A stretch of 63,691 nt of DNA, the filler included, from Stramenopiles sp. TOSAG23-6 (Eukaryota): NCBI GenBank assembly GCA_900128565.1. It is 12 parts of 12 records of this genome, joined end to end, with 100 filler letters (N's around TTAATTAATTAA, not from the genome) between each part and the next. Parts side by side here need not be neighbours in the genome. Positions count along the whole stretch, not along the records: positions 44,356 to 51,630 come from LT636584.1; positions 51,731 to 58,991 come from LT636585.1; positions 59,092 to 60,168 come from LT639782.1; positions 60,269 to 61,344 come from LT639784.1; 8 more parts are not named here. The stretch is one strand, 5' to 3'. A model generated the notes under the pieces. That model did not search any database and was not told where the DNA came from. It worked only from the letters and a program-made list of their open reading frames with translations. Position 1 is the stretch's first letter. Each line of letters opens with the position of its first letter. The position numbers were made by a program, and so were the translations under genes. Positions 48,009-61,038 of this stretch are shown in pieces.

Positions 48009-51000
48009 ATGTCTGATCCAGAGGGATATCAAATACCTCCAGCTGTCTCTGTCAGCAATGACGTTAGTCAATCAACTCCTCGTACATCTCTATCTGTCGT
48101 CACAAAAACACATACAAAAAAAGAATCAGGTATACCAAATGATTTATATGAAGGTGGGACGCAAATCGAGTCTGTAATATCTCCTATATCAAATGCTTCA
48201 TCGGAATGCGCTTCTTTACGTCAACAAGTAGTTCAATTATCTAAATGTGCGGAAGAAAACTCTATAGAGAATTTCTTACCTGATGAAACTCCGTTTGCTG
48301 AGTCTCTCCCACCTCGGCCAATAGCGCGCGAAAATCAGCATCGTATAGAATTATTGAAGCGAGCTCGCCGAATGGAACACGATAATGAACGACGCGAGCG
48401 TGAAAAGATAAAAGCAAATAACAAGCTACGTCAAAAAACTTTGGAGAAAATAAACGAAAGTCAAGAAAAAAAATTAGGGTTAGAGTTTCCACAAAGTCTT
48501 CGAGATAAAGAGCAATTTGATGAATTAATGAATTTAAAAACGGATGAAATTTTATCTCGATCAAATAAGCAAACAAAATTTAGATTAGATGAAAATGAAA
48601 TTTTAGTTGGAAAAAATAGTTATATATCTACTACTACGGGTAAAACATCCGAAAAATGTATAAACCCTAACCCTAGTAACCCGAGTGAAGGTCAAATCAC
48701 AAACAATGACACTCAGAACATTCAAAATTCGTTACGTTCGAAAACCATAGGAGGATTAGCAACAGATGTTCATTCAAATGTTCATTCAAATGTTCATTCA
48801 AATGTTCATTCAAAATCAAATAATAGACCTAACCTTGGGAAGGATTACTCCTTAGATAACAATACACAGTATTCAATGCGTGAACGAAAAAACACGAAAT
48901 CTATACAAAACAAAATCGAACATAGCACAACAAAAAGTAACGATAATTGTACTGTCCAGAAAACTTCAAAAACTCCAAAAGTGAATAATGTAGAAATCAT
49001 TCGGGCACAAAAAGCAGCATTGGAGCTAGCTAAGTATAGTATGGCGCAAAATCAATTAAAAATTAGAAAATTGGCGATGGAAAGAAAACAAAAAAGTCGT
49101 ATGTTTTTTTTTCAATTTCGAATTTATTTTTCATACAAAATTTTGTACCTAACCATATTTTTTTTTTTCGAAAATTCTTTACCTAACAATTTTTCTTTTT
49201 TGATTTTTTTCAAAAATATATGTGATCTGGCAATAAGACTTAGGGAACAAACATTACAGCCAAGACTACCAAAAAGAAAACGAAAATCTAAAGAAATTAA
49301 TAAAAATATAAAATCAACATTATCAAAAAGTAGTTCAAAAAATAGAAATTTCGCAGCTTCTTTTCCAAAATCTAAAAATACAAAAACATCAAAATCAAAG
49401 CCAACAGTGTTAAAAATAAAAAATAGTACAAAACATCATGAAATAAATCATCCAAAAAATACAAAACATCAAAACAATCAAAATCATAACCCTAATCCAA
49501 AAAATACAAAACATCAAGACAATCTTATTTTGAAACAATCAAATTCTGCGACTGAAAAAAAAGTGAAAAAGAAATCGACCAAATCGACCAAACCAAAAAA
49601 GAAGATTGCGTATAAAGAATTAAAAAGGAGACGACAAAATGTCAATTCTTTAGGTAAGAAATTTCCTACGAATTTAATTTCGAATGATAAAAATTTGGAT
49701 GATTCTCATACGAGTAAAAAAATAGAGCAAGCCATAAATAGAACATGTACGTTTGCACCATGAATTTCAATTTTTTTTTTTTTTGATACGGAATTTTGTA
49801 CCTAAATGTTTTTTTTTTTTGAGTTTTTGAGTTTTTTATTCAATACGTTTTCACTATAAAATGTCAAATTTTTTTTTTAGAAAATTTTGAACCCCAAACA
49901 CATTTTATTTTTACTAAAAAAGAAAAAGAAAAAAAATATATTTTTTCACAATACATGGTTGGATGGTTTAGAAACTTCTATAATGAACAAAATATTACCT
50001 TTACAAATTCAAAAAGAGAATAACAAAAATAACAAAAATAATACATCTAAAAAAGAAAAAAATACTAATTTTCACACTCGTAAAAATACAATTGAAAAAA
50101 GTTTAGAAATATCATCTGGAAAGCCAAAGAATACAAAATCAGAGTCAGAAAAAATAGAAAAACGTAAAAAATTAGTTGCATATATGGCGCGAAAAAAGAA
50201 AGAAATGAAATTAAAAATTAAAGCAGAAAAACAAAAGTTTGAAAATGAGAAAAAGTCAAAAGAAGAGAGACTTCTTGGAGTACGGGAAAATGCTTTAAAA
50301 GCATATCAAACTATGAAAGTGAAAAAGATGTATGTTTTATTTTTTTTTTCAATTTTGAATTATTTTTTTTCAAAAAAAATTTGTACCTAACAAAATTTTT
50401 TAGTTTTTTTTTTGAAATATTTTTCCAAAATACATGCCACTGCTAAAGAAAAGAGAAACGAATCGCAAATCCCGCAAAGCATTGAGTATTACTAAAAATG
50501 GATCGAAAATGAGATACAATTCGCATTCAAGTAATTTTGGTACAACAAAAAATGTTCAAAAACAAAAAATGTTCAAAAATGAAAAAATAAAAAGTACGAT
50601 AAATTTTCAAATGGACAAGAATTTAAATTCGACCGATGCATCGAATATAGTAAAGCATACTAAAACTTCTAGTACATCAATACATCAAAATCAGTCGTCA
50701 AGTAGTATTCAAATGCTCAAAATCAAAGAAAAAAAGAGTAATAAAAAAAAGAATAATATAGTCAAAAAAAGTTCCACTTGTATTAAAACATCTAAAATAC
50801 CTAAAAAAACTCATAAAAATAAATCTACTTTTGAAAATGGAACCCAACAAATTCGAAATTTATCAGGTGTTGTGAAAAAAACTCAAATATCTCAAGATTC
50901 AAGTTCAAATTTGCAAATGAAAACTAAACTAACTTTGTTAAATACTAAGAATACTAGGAATAATAAAAAAGTAAATTCTACAGTAGAGGAAAGTAGCAGT

Positions 51001-51022
51001 GAAACTCAAGACTCTCAAGAAT
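48009..51022 (+). CDS. Large Lys/Asn/Ser-rich hypothetical protein; GT-AT introns 49099-49221, 49747-49956, 50330-50435
   Basis: Three ORFs joined in frame at family splice positions. Confidence 0.6.
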
Positions 51023-51120
51023 GTATGTTTTTTTTTTTTTTTTAATCGATTTTTTTTTCGTACGAAATTTTGTACCTAACAAATTTAATTTTTTTTTTGA
51101 AATATTTTTCCAAAATACAT

Positions 51121-51547
51121 GATTTGGAAGGAATCAACAAAGCTATTGAAATCGCTAGGTTAGATCCACGACCATCCATTATCAAAGTAAGAACTGTTAT
51201 TGGAAAAGGGGCTGGATCAAAAGAAGGCTCACATAAGGTACATGTAGGTTTTTTTTCATCAATTTTTTTTTTTCAAATTTTTTTTTTCAAATTTTTTTTT
51301 TCAATTTTTTTTTTTCAATTTTTTTTTTTCAAATTTTTTTTTTCAATTTTTTTTTCAAATTTTTTTTTCAATTTTTTTCATACTAAATCTTATACCTAAC
51401 AATAAAGATCAAATCTCTACATTATTTTAATAATACATGGTGCTCCATTAGGTGAAGATATTCTTGCACAAGCAAAAACAAATTTTGGTTTTGATCCAAA
51501 TTTAAAATTTAATATACCTCAAGACGTTCAAAATATTTATACTAAAT
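51121..51547 (+). CDS. TKT: Transketolase internal fragment; GT-AT intron 51244-51438
   Basis: AI..A...RPSII.VRTVIGKG...EGSHKVH|GAPLG; splicing restores the conserved HGAPLG. Confidence 0.88.
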
Positions 51548-51793
51548 GTATGTTTATATTTTTTCAAATTCGATTTTTTTTTTCGTACGAAATTTTGTAC
51601 CTAACAAATTTTTTTTGAAATATTTTTCCANNNNNNNNNNNNNNNNNNNNNNNNNNNNNNNNNNNNNNNNNNNNTTAATTAATTAANNNNNNNNNNNNNN
51701 NNNNNNNNNNNNNNNNNNNNNNNNNNNNNNTAGGTACAAAATTTCGTATGAAAAATAAATTCGATTTTTTTGTAAAAAAAAAAAAAAACATAC

Positions 51794-52908
51794 CTAAGTC
51801 AGACCAATTTTGTAATTGTTCAATAATTAAAGGTGTGATTTGAAGACATCTTTTAATTGCCGTTTTTGGAATAGTCGACGCTGGTAATCCTGTGAATTTT
51901 GAAAGTGCCAAAATTGCATCAGTATTATTTATTGAATGTTGACATGTATTGTGAAATTTTTTTTATTTTTTATTTTTTTGTTAGGTACGAAATTTCGTAC
52001 GAAAAAACAAATTCGAAATTAAAAAAAAACATACATAATGATTCTATTAAAAACCATATAGTTGAATGAAGTGACATTGATCTAATATGCTCTACATCAC
52101 CAGTGTTACTATTTATTTCAACTTCAATGAGTGATGAGAGTCTTTTAGGGTCTTCAGAGGTTGTAGGGTTAGGGGTAACATGTTCAATTTTTGTTTTTCT
52201 TGTTTTTGTACCACTTTTTGTACCATTTTTCGTGTAAACAACACGAATAAACTTTGAAAGTGATGACTGAATTTCCTTTTTATAAGAAAGTATGTCACTT
52301 TGTGACGCAGAAATGAAAATCTCAAGGTTTGGAAGCCACCTGTGACGTAGGACATTTGCCCTTCGCTTCCATATTTGCTCAACGTCTTTTGTGTCCCAGT
52401 TCAATTCACCATATTTAGGACAATACACTTTTGCCTTTAATTGTTCAATGATACGCTTAAATATCTCCGGATTATCTTTTGACTTTGACGCAGCCTTGTA
52501 AAGCTCAGTTTCGAATTTTTCAGCTACATAATAATTGGTAGAAGAGGATTGTTTGCTGGTATTAGTTAATGCTGCATGCAGGAAAAGAGTTGAAAGAGAA
52601 TTGCCAACTTCTGTAGAATTTTCACCAATTCTAGAATTTCCTCTGATTGGATGATACAAAATACTATATAGAATTTGAATCATACCAAAGAAGGCATCTG
52701 GAGAATTCATCGAAATACAATTTGGCAAGTGAGAAAAGTCTCGGGTTTCTTCAAAAACATAAAACTGGTTCCCTTGGCCATCGTTTGAGAGACACTCTAA
52801 AAGTGTTTTAAAAGAGTCATAAAACTCTCGTGAAAGTGAAGCTTGAGATGGAGTATCGTGCAAACCGTCTTCAAATACATTGAACTGCATCACAGTGGAT
52901 GGCTCCAT
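51794..52908 (-). CDS. Hypothetical protein, 3'-truncated; GT-AT intron 51944-52034
   Basis: ATG ORF continued in frame after the intron; next donor AG|GTATGT at 51793. Confidence 0.6.
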
Positions 52909-53125
52909 TATTAAGCTTAGTTTAATGTGAAATTTACATTCAAATGTTTGCCACTAGAAAAAACAAATTTTCGAAGAAACAGTGAAGAAACTAAAATATT
53001 TTTTGAGACCTAAAAATTTCTCACACAGAATCATGATCTTCAAAATATTGGCGATTTCGTGTTTGTGTAACTGTCAACCGTTTAACCTAAGTCTTAGCTC
53101 AAGTTTTACTAAAAACATAATCAAT

Positions 53126-56100
53126 ATGGATGATTATCCAATGGAATCACACGGTAATGAAATAGATTACTACAATGTTTTGAAGCCTGTATTATTAGTT
53201 ATTGGGAATAGGCGTACATTACTTAAAAACATCGTTGGAAATAGCTATGAAATGTTTATCGAAAAAAGTGAAATAGACAGAAAAACTTCTGTTGAAAATC
53301 TACAAATTGTCTCAACAACACAGTTTCTTCATTCTTTATCAAAAATAGGTATCATACTAAATCAGCAACAAAAATCAATAGTAACTCAAGCAATACTACA
53401 ACTACCTGAAAACAACATTGACTTTGCTAAATTTTATGCTGCACTCCTAAAGGAGTCACGGTATCGTCTAAGAGCAGTCTCTAAAAAGGATCGAAAAAGA
53501 TCCCAAGAGCAAATAGATATAGCAACGGAAAATGCCAGTCATTCTACAGATTTAGATACTATATCATCTAATGATACAATATCAATGAATTCAGCTGAAT
53601 TATACCGGAAAGTTTTACAGGAAATATTAACTGCAATGGAGCGACAACACCCTCAATCACGTCGTCAATTGTACAATTCTATCATTGAATGCTCATATTC
53701 AATTTTTATGGGATATGATAGCAACGAAGATTCAAAATTATCTCCAGCAGAATTTCATACTACTTTATCACGCCTTGGGTTGTCTTTAAATCCGGCACAA
53801 ATGAGAGCTATAAACTCTATGATTGATATCGATGGTGATGTAAATTAACCCTAACCCTAAACGTTCACTTCAATTTCAAATTTATTTTGTAAGAAAATTT
53901 CTGACTTTTCAATTTTTTTTTAAATATTTTCCCAAAATATATGGCTATATTCAGTTTCCCGAATTTTACAAAGCATTGAGTGCTGAGGCGACAAAACGTC
54001 TTCGTGATTTTGATATGGGAATTGGTATGAGTGCCGCTTCTCGAAATAGTGATTGTATGTTTTATTTTTTTTCAAATTAGATTTTTTTTTCGTACTAAAT
54101 TTTGTACCTAACGATTTTTTTGTGAAATATTTTTTCACAATACTTCTATTGGTGGTCCAAAAACAAGAAGTTTTTCAACTCGATTACCAGCAAGTGAACA
54201 GGAATCTTCTTTGTTAATTAGTAATTTAATGGAACAAGATCAATCTCTTCAAAAACAGTTAAATGAAATGCGCGACGAGGAATCTACATTTAGAAATAAA
54301 ACAAAACAACTTATTGAAACTGTTTCCCAAATGGAGCAAACTTTAGTAGACTCAAATGATGCTAAAAATAATGCACAAAAAAAATGGACTGAATGTCAAC
54401 AAGAATGTCTGGCTGAAAAGCAAAATGCTCGTGCTGAGTTAGGATTACTTGATTCAAAAGTTCAGGCAGAAATCGATAGTGAAAAAGTACTTCGAGGCAA
54501 AGAGGAAAGTTATCAATCATACTCCAAGTTTTGGAGTCTTGAATCGTTGAATGATGTGTGGGTAAAATATGATATGCACCAAGAAGGATCTATCTCTATT
54601 GCATCATTCTGTAGCTGTATTCAAGATAATTTTCCTGAGTTATTTTCTTTCCCCGCCTTAAATCAATTGTATAAAAAAACTGGTCTCATTCGAACAGCTA
54701 AATCTGGCGAGCCACGAGTTCGTCGTGATGAATTCCCTGATATGCTAAGGGAATTGTACATGCTACATATTATCCAGAATGCTCTTGATGAGGGAAATTT
54801 ATCCGCTCTTTCGTCCATGGATACTTCAAAATTGTCAATAACATATCCTCAGTTTAAAAGACATATGAAAAGTTCAGGAATAAATCTAGATGAGTTAAGC
54901 TTTGAGGCTGAGTTTAATAGTATAGAACCAGAAGTTATTGAGTCAGATATACCACCATTGGCGAATAGATCTGCTCCTTTTGAATCATATTGTAAATATC
55001 GCGCAGTCCTTATGGGGCATACATTATTGGCTTCATTGATGGGTTATAATATTGATGTACTTTTCACTGGAACCCCTATTCAAACGCCAATACCATCTCG
55101 TGCTCCCTCTCGGCGCTCTACGTCACACACTATTGAAGAAAATGAAACAAATATTGATAATATATCAAATGTGGGACGTAAAAGACCAGGATCTAGAGCA
55201 CGACCTGCATTGCGACCTCCAAGTTCACGAGCAAGACCAGGTTCACAACGACTCCAAGTGCTACAGACTACTATAGCTGGTCAGGGTGGTCGTCCTTTGA
55301 CTAAGCGATCTCTTAAACGTGTCCAAGCTAGTAGAACTCGGCGAAACCAATTTCGTGAGGAAATAAAGAGTTGTCTTGAAAGAATTAAACATGCAACAAA
55401 AGAAGAAGAAAATATGGCTGCATATTTGAGACAGTGTCAAGCAGAGCATCATCTGATACGAGAGCAATACGATATATGCCAATCAAATCTAGCAGACGCT
55501 GAAGCTAAAGAGGAAAAGGTGCGTGCTCAAAACATGGTAGTTCGACGTAATATATGTGACAGCAGAGTAATTATTAGATCACAATTAGCTGCGTTGCTGC
55601 ACAAGAAGAAAGATATGTCTGGTGCGCCTGCAGTTGAGGAGGAAGAGGACCTTGGCCCTCCAATGCCACTGTTTGCAGAATTCAAGAAAATGCTTAACCC
55701 CGAAACAAAAGGTACCATACTTGAACAACAAGAAATGACATCCAGAAATAATAAAGATCGAGCCCTACGTTTAGTTGGTAAATGTCCGAACTCTACAGAT
55801 AGTTACTATCATAATTGGTACAGACGACCTATTATTCGATTATTTATGAAAGTTAGTGTGCTAAAGAGTAAAAGAAAGCTCGAAAAAGCATTCAAAACTC
55901 AATTATCGCTGAAGCAATTTCATCGTATTCTCTCCCGAAGAGGTTTGACCGGAAAAGTTATGAGAATTGATAGGAGTGATAATACTTGTAATATTCGTTT
56001 TGATGGTCAAATTGGCTCTGAGGCTAGTGAAACATGGATGCCGATAGAATCCTTGATGCAACGCCAATTACCTGCAACGATGCTAAACGCAGTCGTTGGA

Positions 56101-57852
56101 GCACGCAATGTATACTTTGACCGTATTCGCACGTTCTACGACGAAGCAGCAATGCAGCGGCGTGGATCAATAATGAAGAAACAAAAGAGTACTAGAGGAA
56201 CAATTAGATTATTGTATGATTACTATGCTCGAGTGTTTTCTGCAAAGCAACAGTTGGGAAAAGGAAATGGGTCGTTTGTTGGTTTAGAATTTGCAAATTC
56301 GACCATGGCATTTGGCGAATTAATGTATTTTTTAAGAGATATGCGTGTTGTTCCACGTTTAGTGTCGCGAAAAGAGGTGCAATGGCTATGGAACCATAAT
56401 AGAGAGGAACATTCTCTTAATGCGTCTGATGCTGGCCCAAAACGAATAGGAAAAGAAATTGGATTTGAGGGTTTTATAAAGATGCTTGTACAGATTGCTT
56501 TACTTAATGCCGCAACACCGAGTGGTAGAATCCATGTGCTTGGCGAGAATGAGGAAAATAGTAAGGGAATAGAAAAAAGGGGGAGACTTCCGAAACTAAG
56601 AATGAAAAAAAGAAATAACAATAACACTATCAAAACCGCTGGTGATGTGATTGAAGCATTAGTAATTTTTCTTCATTTGCACGAAAGAGGTTATGTAAAA
56701 CGCCACTTGACTGAAAAAGTTATTAAAACGAATGTTTCTTCTGTTGAGAAAGATGCCAATAAAAGAGAAGTCGGGTGCTCTGGTACAAAAGGTGCAACAT
56801 CAACACCCATTGATCAATTACCCAGATTTCAATATAAACAAAAACTCGGAGATATTTTGCAAAGATATGCAGTCAGTAAACAAACGGGAAAACGAAGATG
56901 GGCAGAGTTCACCCAGTTCAGTAATGAAGGACTTCTAACACCACACATTGACATGGNTGGTGCATCTGGAGGTATTGAAGAAGGTCAAATTTGCTGGTTC
57001 AAAGTAGCCTTGGATGTTAAGATTAAAACAAAAACGTGTCTCAAAAAGGGAGAAGAAATGACGTTATTTAGTGAAGTATTACCTCCAAAGTTACACTCTC
57101 GTGTTGCAGTCTCTGCAAAATTCTCTCGAAATGAACCGATAACAACAACAGACTTTAGGAGAACTCTTTTAATCGCAGCAAAGCCAGTTGTGTACAAATT
57201 TAAATCAAAATCCAGTAAAGGGCAGGCCAGAGCTGAAGAGTTTCTCGGTAAAGTAATTATTCGCGCTCGAAATACATCAACTGGTAAAACTCTTGGATCT
57301 ATGGAAATACCATTTTACGTTTTTGTCGTTGATCGTTTGACATCAATACGCATCGCTAGACTAAATCGTGTAAAACTTCTTGCAAAGGGTCTTCCAACTG
57401 ATACTACAGGTGCTCCTGAAGAGGAAGAGAATTATCAAATAGAAGAGTGGAAGCTTGGTGGTGCAGCACAAGCTAGTCCTACTATGTTGAGAAGAATAAA
57501 GCAACGCAATAAAAAAAGAAAAGAGCGAAAAATTGACAAACGAGTTAGGCAGAAAGCACATATATGGAAGTATCAAGGAGCAGATAATAGAGCGCAAGTG
57601 ATTGCATCTATTAATTTATTGACTAAAAAGAAGCACTTGCGAGGCGTTGATTTCCGAGATGGAAAAGTAGTTAAATTGCTACAAGCAACACTTCGCAATG
57701 CGAGGGGAAAACAGACATCCACAAAAGAACTCACCGAGGAAGAAGAAGCTTTACTAGATGATGGTTATGGCGAAAAGCCGGGCAAAATTGTTTATGATCG
57801 TGTGAAAGAATTGGGCGATAGAGGATGCTTTGGTGGTGCAGCTGACAGATGA
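53126..57852 (+). CDS. Large EF-hand/coiled-coil protein; introns 53840-53942 (GT-AT) and 54055-54145 (GT-TT)
   Basis: EF loops DSNEDSKLSPAEF and spliced DIDGD|GYIQFPEF; continuous frame into the 1213-aa ORF. Confidence 0.8.
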
Positions 57853-57920
57853 ACCTAGAAATTATTCTACAAAAAAATAAAAAAAACAAAACAAATCTCT
57901 GACTCGTTTATAATAATCAT

Positions 57921-58937
57921 TCATCGCCTACTTCTTTTACGACTACTCGAATTACTCGTTTTATATCCCCAGCTACCAGAGCTATTATTTCTCTTAAACT
58001 TTTGACCTGTTTTCCGTTTCTTGTAATCCCCATAACTACTATGAGAATGAATGCTATTTTCATCATCATTATTGGTTCGAGGTTTTTTTATTCCACATCG
58101 AATATCAGAACGTTCTTTTGCGGCTTTTATGCGTTTTTCTTTCTCTTCGTAAGTATCTATCAAACTTTTGACAAGTTGATTGCCTAACTTCTGAAGTTCA
58201 TTAAATGGAAATTGATTCATCCTATTCCAATATCTAGTTTCTCGCCATATGTCACTCGGGAATGCAGGACTGGATAAACCATGCAAAATTCTTGCTAAAC
58301 TTCGACCAGTAATAAGTTCCCTTGGAACAACTGACAATTTGTGGTGTCGCAAAAGTCCACCCATTTCACTAATAATAAAACGTTTGTGTTTTTCACCGAA
58401 AGAATATGACAGAAGCGATGCAATATCTTTAGATTCTTTACATTCCATTTCTTTTTCAAATCTTTCATCTTCTTCAGAATCAGACTCTGAAAATTCATCG
58501 TCGCTACCACAATCATTTCGATGACACAGTTGAGTAATTGTATCTATACTCTTATTCATTGTCTTATTTGAATTCTTATTTGAATTCTTCTTTGTATCTC
58601 TACTTTCATTTGGTACATAAATATCTTCATCGGAACTATCACTCTTATTCACATTATTTTCGTCATCTTTTGAGGTACTTTTGAAATCAGCAAAATTCAC
58701 ATTATTTTCGTCATCTTTTGAGGTACTTTCAGTAGATTTCATTCCACCGGTAGAACAAAGGCCCAATGAAGCAAGGAACGCCTGATTTTCAGCAATTCTT
58801 TTATCTCTGGCTTCTAAATAACTATTTTTGATTTTTGTAACTGACTTTGGATTCGATAAAGTCTCTATGTGTTTTGTTTTTGCAAGATAAGCCTCAGTCT
58901 CTTCAATAGCACGTTGATGTTCTTCTTTATCTTGTTC
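57921..58937 (-). CDS. RECQL4-like helicase, last exon
   Basis: GRSLARILHGLSSPAFP...W resembles the RecQ4 C-terminal ARIFHGI.SP motif; family acceptor AATACAT| at 58938. Confidence 0.65.
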   Translation of the reverse strand, partial: EQDKEEHQRAIEETEAYLAKTKHIETLSNPKSVTKIKNSYLEARDKRIAENQAFLASLGLCSTGGMKSTESTSKDDENNVNFADFKSTSKDDENNVNKSDSSDEDIYVPNESRDTKKNSNKNSNKTMNKSIDTITQLCHRNDCGSDDEFSESDSEEDERFEKEMECKESKDIASLLSYSFGEKHKRFIISEMGGLLRHHKLSVVPRELITGRSLARILHGLSSPAFPSDIWRETRYWNRMNQFPFNELQKLGNQLVKSLIDTYEEKEKRIKAAKERSDIRCGIKKPRTNNDDENSIHSHSSYGDYKKRKTGQKFKRNNSSGSWGYKTSNSSSRKRSRR

Positions 58938-59091
58938 ATGTATTTTGGAAAAATATTTCAAAAAAAAAAACTAAAATTTGTTAGGTACAAANNNNNNNNN
59001 NNNNNNNNNNNNNNNNNNNNNNNNNNNNNNNNNNNTTAATTAATTAANNNNNNNNNNNNNNNNNNNNNNNNNNNNNNNNNNNNNNNNNNNN

Positions 59092-59823
59092 CAAATGATA
59101 ATGACGTCATTGTTTTTGGTGTTTTTGGTGTTTTTGGTGTTTTTAATTGATCATTTACAAATGATAATGATATTCTACCTAACATTTGTTGTGCTATATT
59201 AACAGCTATTTTTGATTCTGGTGAATCATTCAAAATCTTTCTTCCTTTACCTGGCTTTGGTTTACTCAATAAATGTTTCTGCTGCATCCTATATTGTGAT
59301 TTTTTTTTTTTTTTCAAAGTAAAAAAATATCGTTAGGTATAAAATTTTGTACGAAAAAAAAATTATGTAAAAAAAACAATTTTTTTAAAACGTACATGAG
59401 TAATAAAGAACTGGCTATACTTTTTGTTATTTGAAGTTGTTGTGCAAGTTTCGCAACAGTGATAAAAACACTCGGATTTCGTGTTTTCGGATGTGAATGT
59501 AAAATTTCTACAACTGCACGAGAAAACATAAAGTATAAAAAAATATTTCAAAATGTTTTTTTTGATTTTTTTTGTTAGGTACAAAATTTCGTACGAAAAA
59601 AAAAATTAAATTTCACAATAAAAACGTACAATATTGTTGTATGATCACACTTGGGAGTAGCTTTACTATTACTATTACTGTGTAGCTGAATAGTAGTAGG
59701 GTTAGGGTTTCTAACAGACTTTTTCGTTTTTAATGATTTTAATTTCAGTTTTTTTGAAACTTTTTTTTTTGGTGATAAAACAGATCGAGCATTAGGGTTA
59801 GGTAAAATACGTTTTATATTTGG
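59092..59823 (-). CDS. Fragment of a hypothetical gene; introns 59528-59629 (GT-AT) and 59289-59395 (GT-AG)
   Basis: Three ORF pieces join in frame at family positions. Confidence 0.55.
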
Positions 59824-60449
59824 NNNNNNNNNNNNNNNNNNNNNNNNNNNNNNNNNNNNNNNNNNNTTTGTATGTTTTGTATTTTTTGTATTTTTTGTAT
59901 GTTTTGTATTTTTTGTATTTTTTGTACGAAGAGACAAAGCGCCGAGTTCATTTACTAAATGAGAAGAATTTGATATCAATATCGTGTTTCTCTTGTTTAT
60001 ATCATCATCATCATCTTCACCCCATTCATTTAAATAATCAACAGATAAGTCATCAGAATCTTCACAAACACTTTTTTTTTTTAAATTTTTTTTTTCTTCA
60101 AAATCACAAACCTGCGCTTTATAATTATTATCATTTGTTTCAATAGTTTCAATAGTTTCATCATCCCANNNNNNNNNNNNNNNNNNNNNNNNNNNNNNNN
60201 NNNNNNNNNNNNTTAATTAATTAANNNNNNNNNNNNNNNNNNNNNNNNNNNNNNNNNNNNNNNNNNNNAGTCATGTGGTACCAAGAACAACAGCAACTGG
60301 CGAAAGTCGTGTGGTAACAAGAGCAGCTGCTGCACGTGCTGCGGCTCGTAAAGAGAAACGTCAGCGAATATAAAAATTATTCAGTGCTTTACATTAATTA
60401 TTTCTTCGTTAGTTGTCATTTATTATTTATTTTCTAGCTTAGTTGTACA

Positions 60450-61038
60450 CTATTCATCATCAGTGCTATCACTAACTACTATTCTATCTAACTCTTTATA
60501 TCTTTTATAAGCTTCCGCTTCGAGCTCTTTCGACAAATCTTCACCCCATGGAGTGTACATTATATCTGACAATATTTTTCTAAATTCAGACATACTTATT
60601 ACACCTTGTACAAGTTCAACTTTAGCCTTGTCAAGTTTTAATCGTGTTTCTTCATCTACTGGTTCCGACCTTGATATTAACGGATTCTCGTTTGCTAATG
60701 TTTCCATATCTTGAAATCTTTCATGTAAATCAAAAAAGAGCGATGTCGGCTTATTCTTTGTTATTTTGAGAGCTATTAGTTTATTTTTTTCCATTGTAAG
60801 GCGCCGCGTTTTCTGTGACATTCCTGAGTGTGCAACTGATCTCAGTCTAGCACGGGTATCTGCCCATCTTTTATTACCACGTACAGTCGGCCCAGCGGTT
60901 TGTGCACGAGCACCAATACCTCTAAATTTTCGAGAAGATGCTTCAAAAAATGCTCTGCGAGCATTTGACGAAAGATGCAGGTTCTCTGTACCCGGTGACT
61001 TCCCAAATGATATTGGTGCTGCTGAAGGAAGCAAAACT
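60450..61038 (-). CDS. Hypothetical protein C-terminal fragment
   Basis: Open frame of about 195 codons downstream of an N gap; no motif recognised. Confidence 0.45.
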
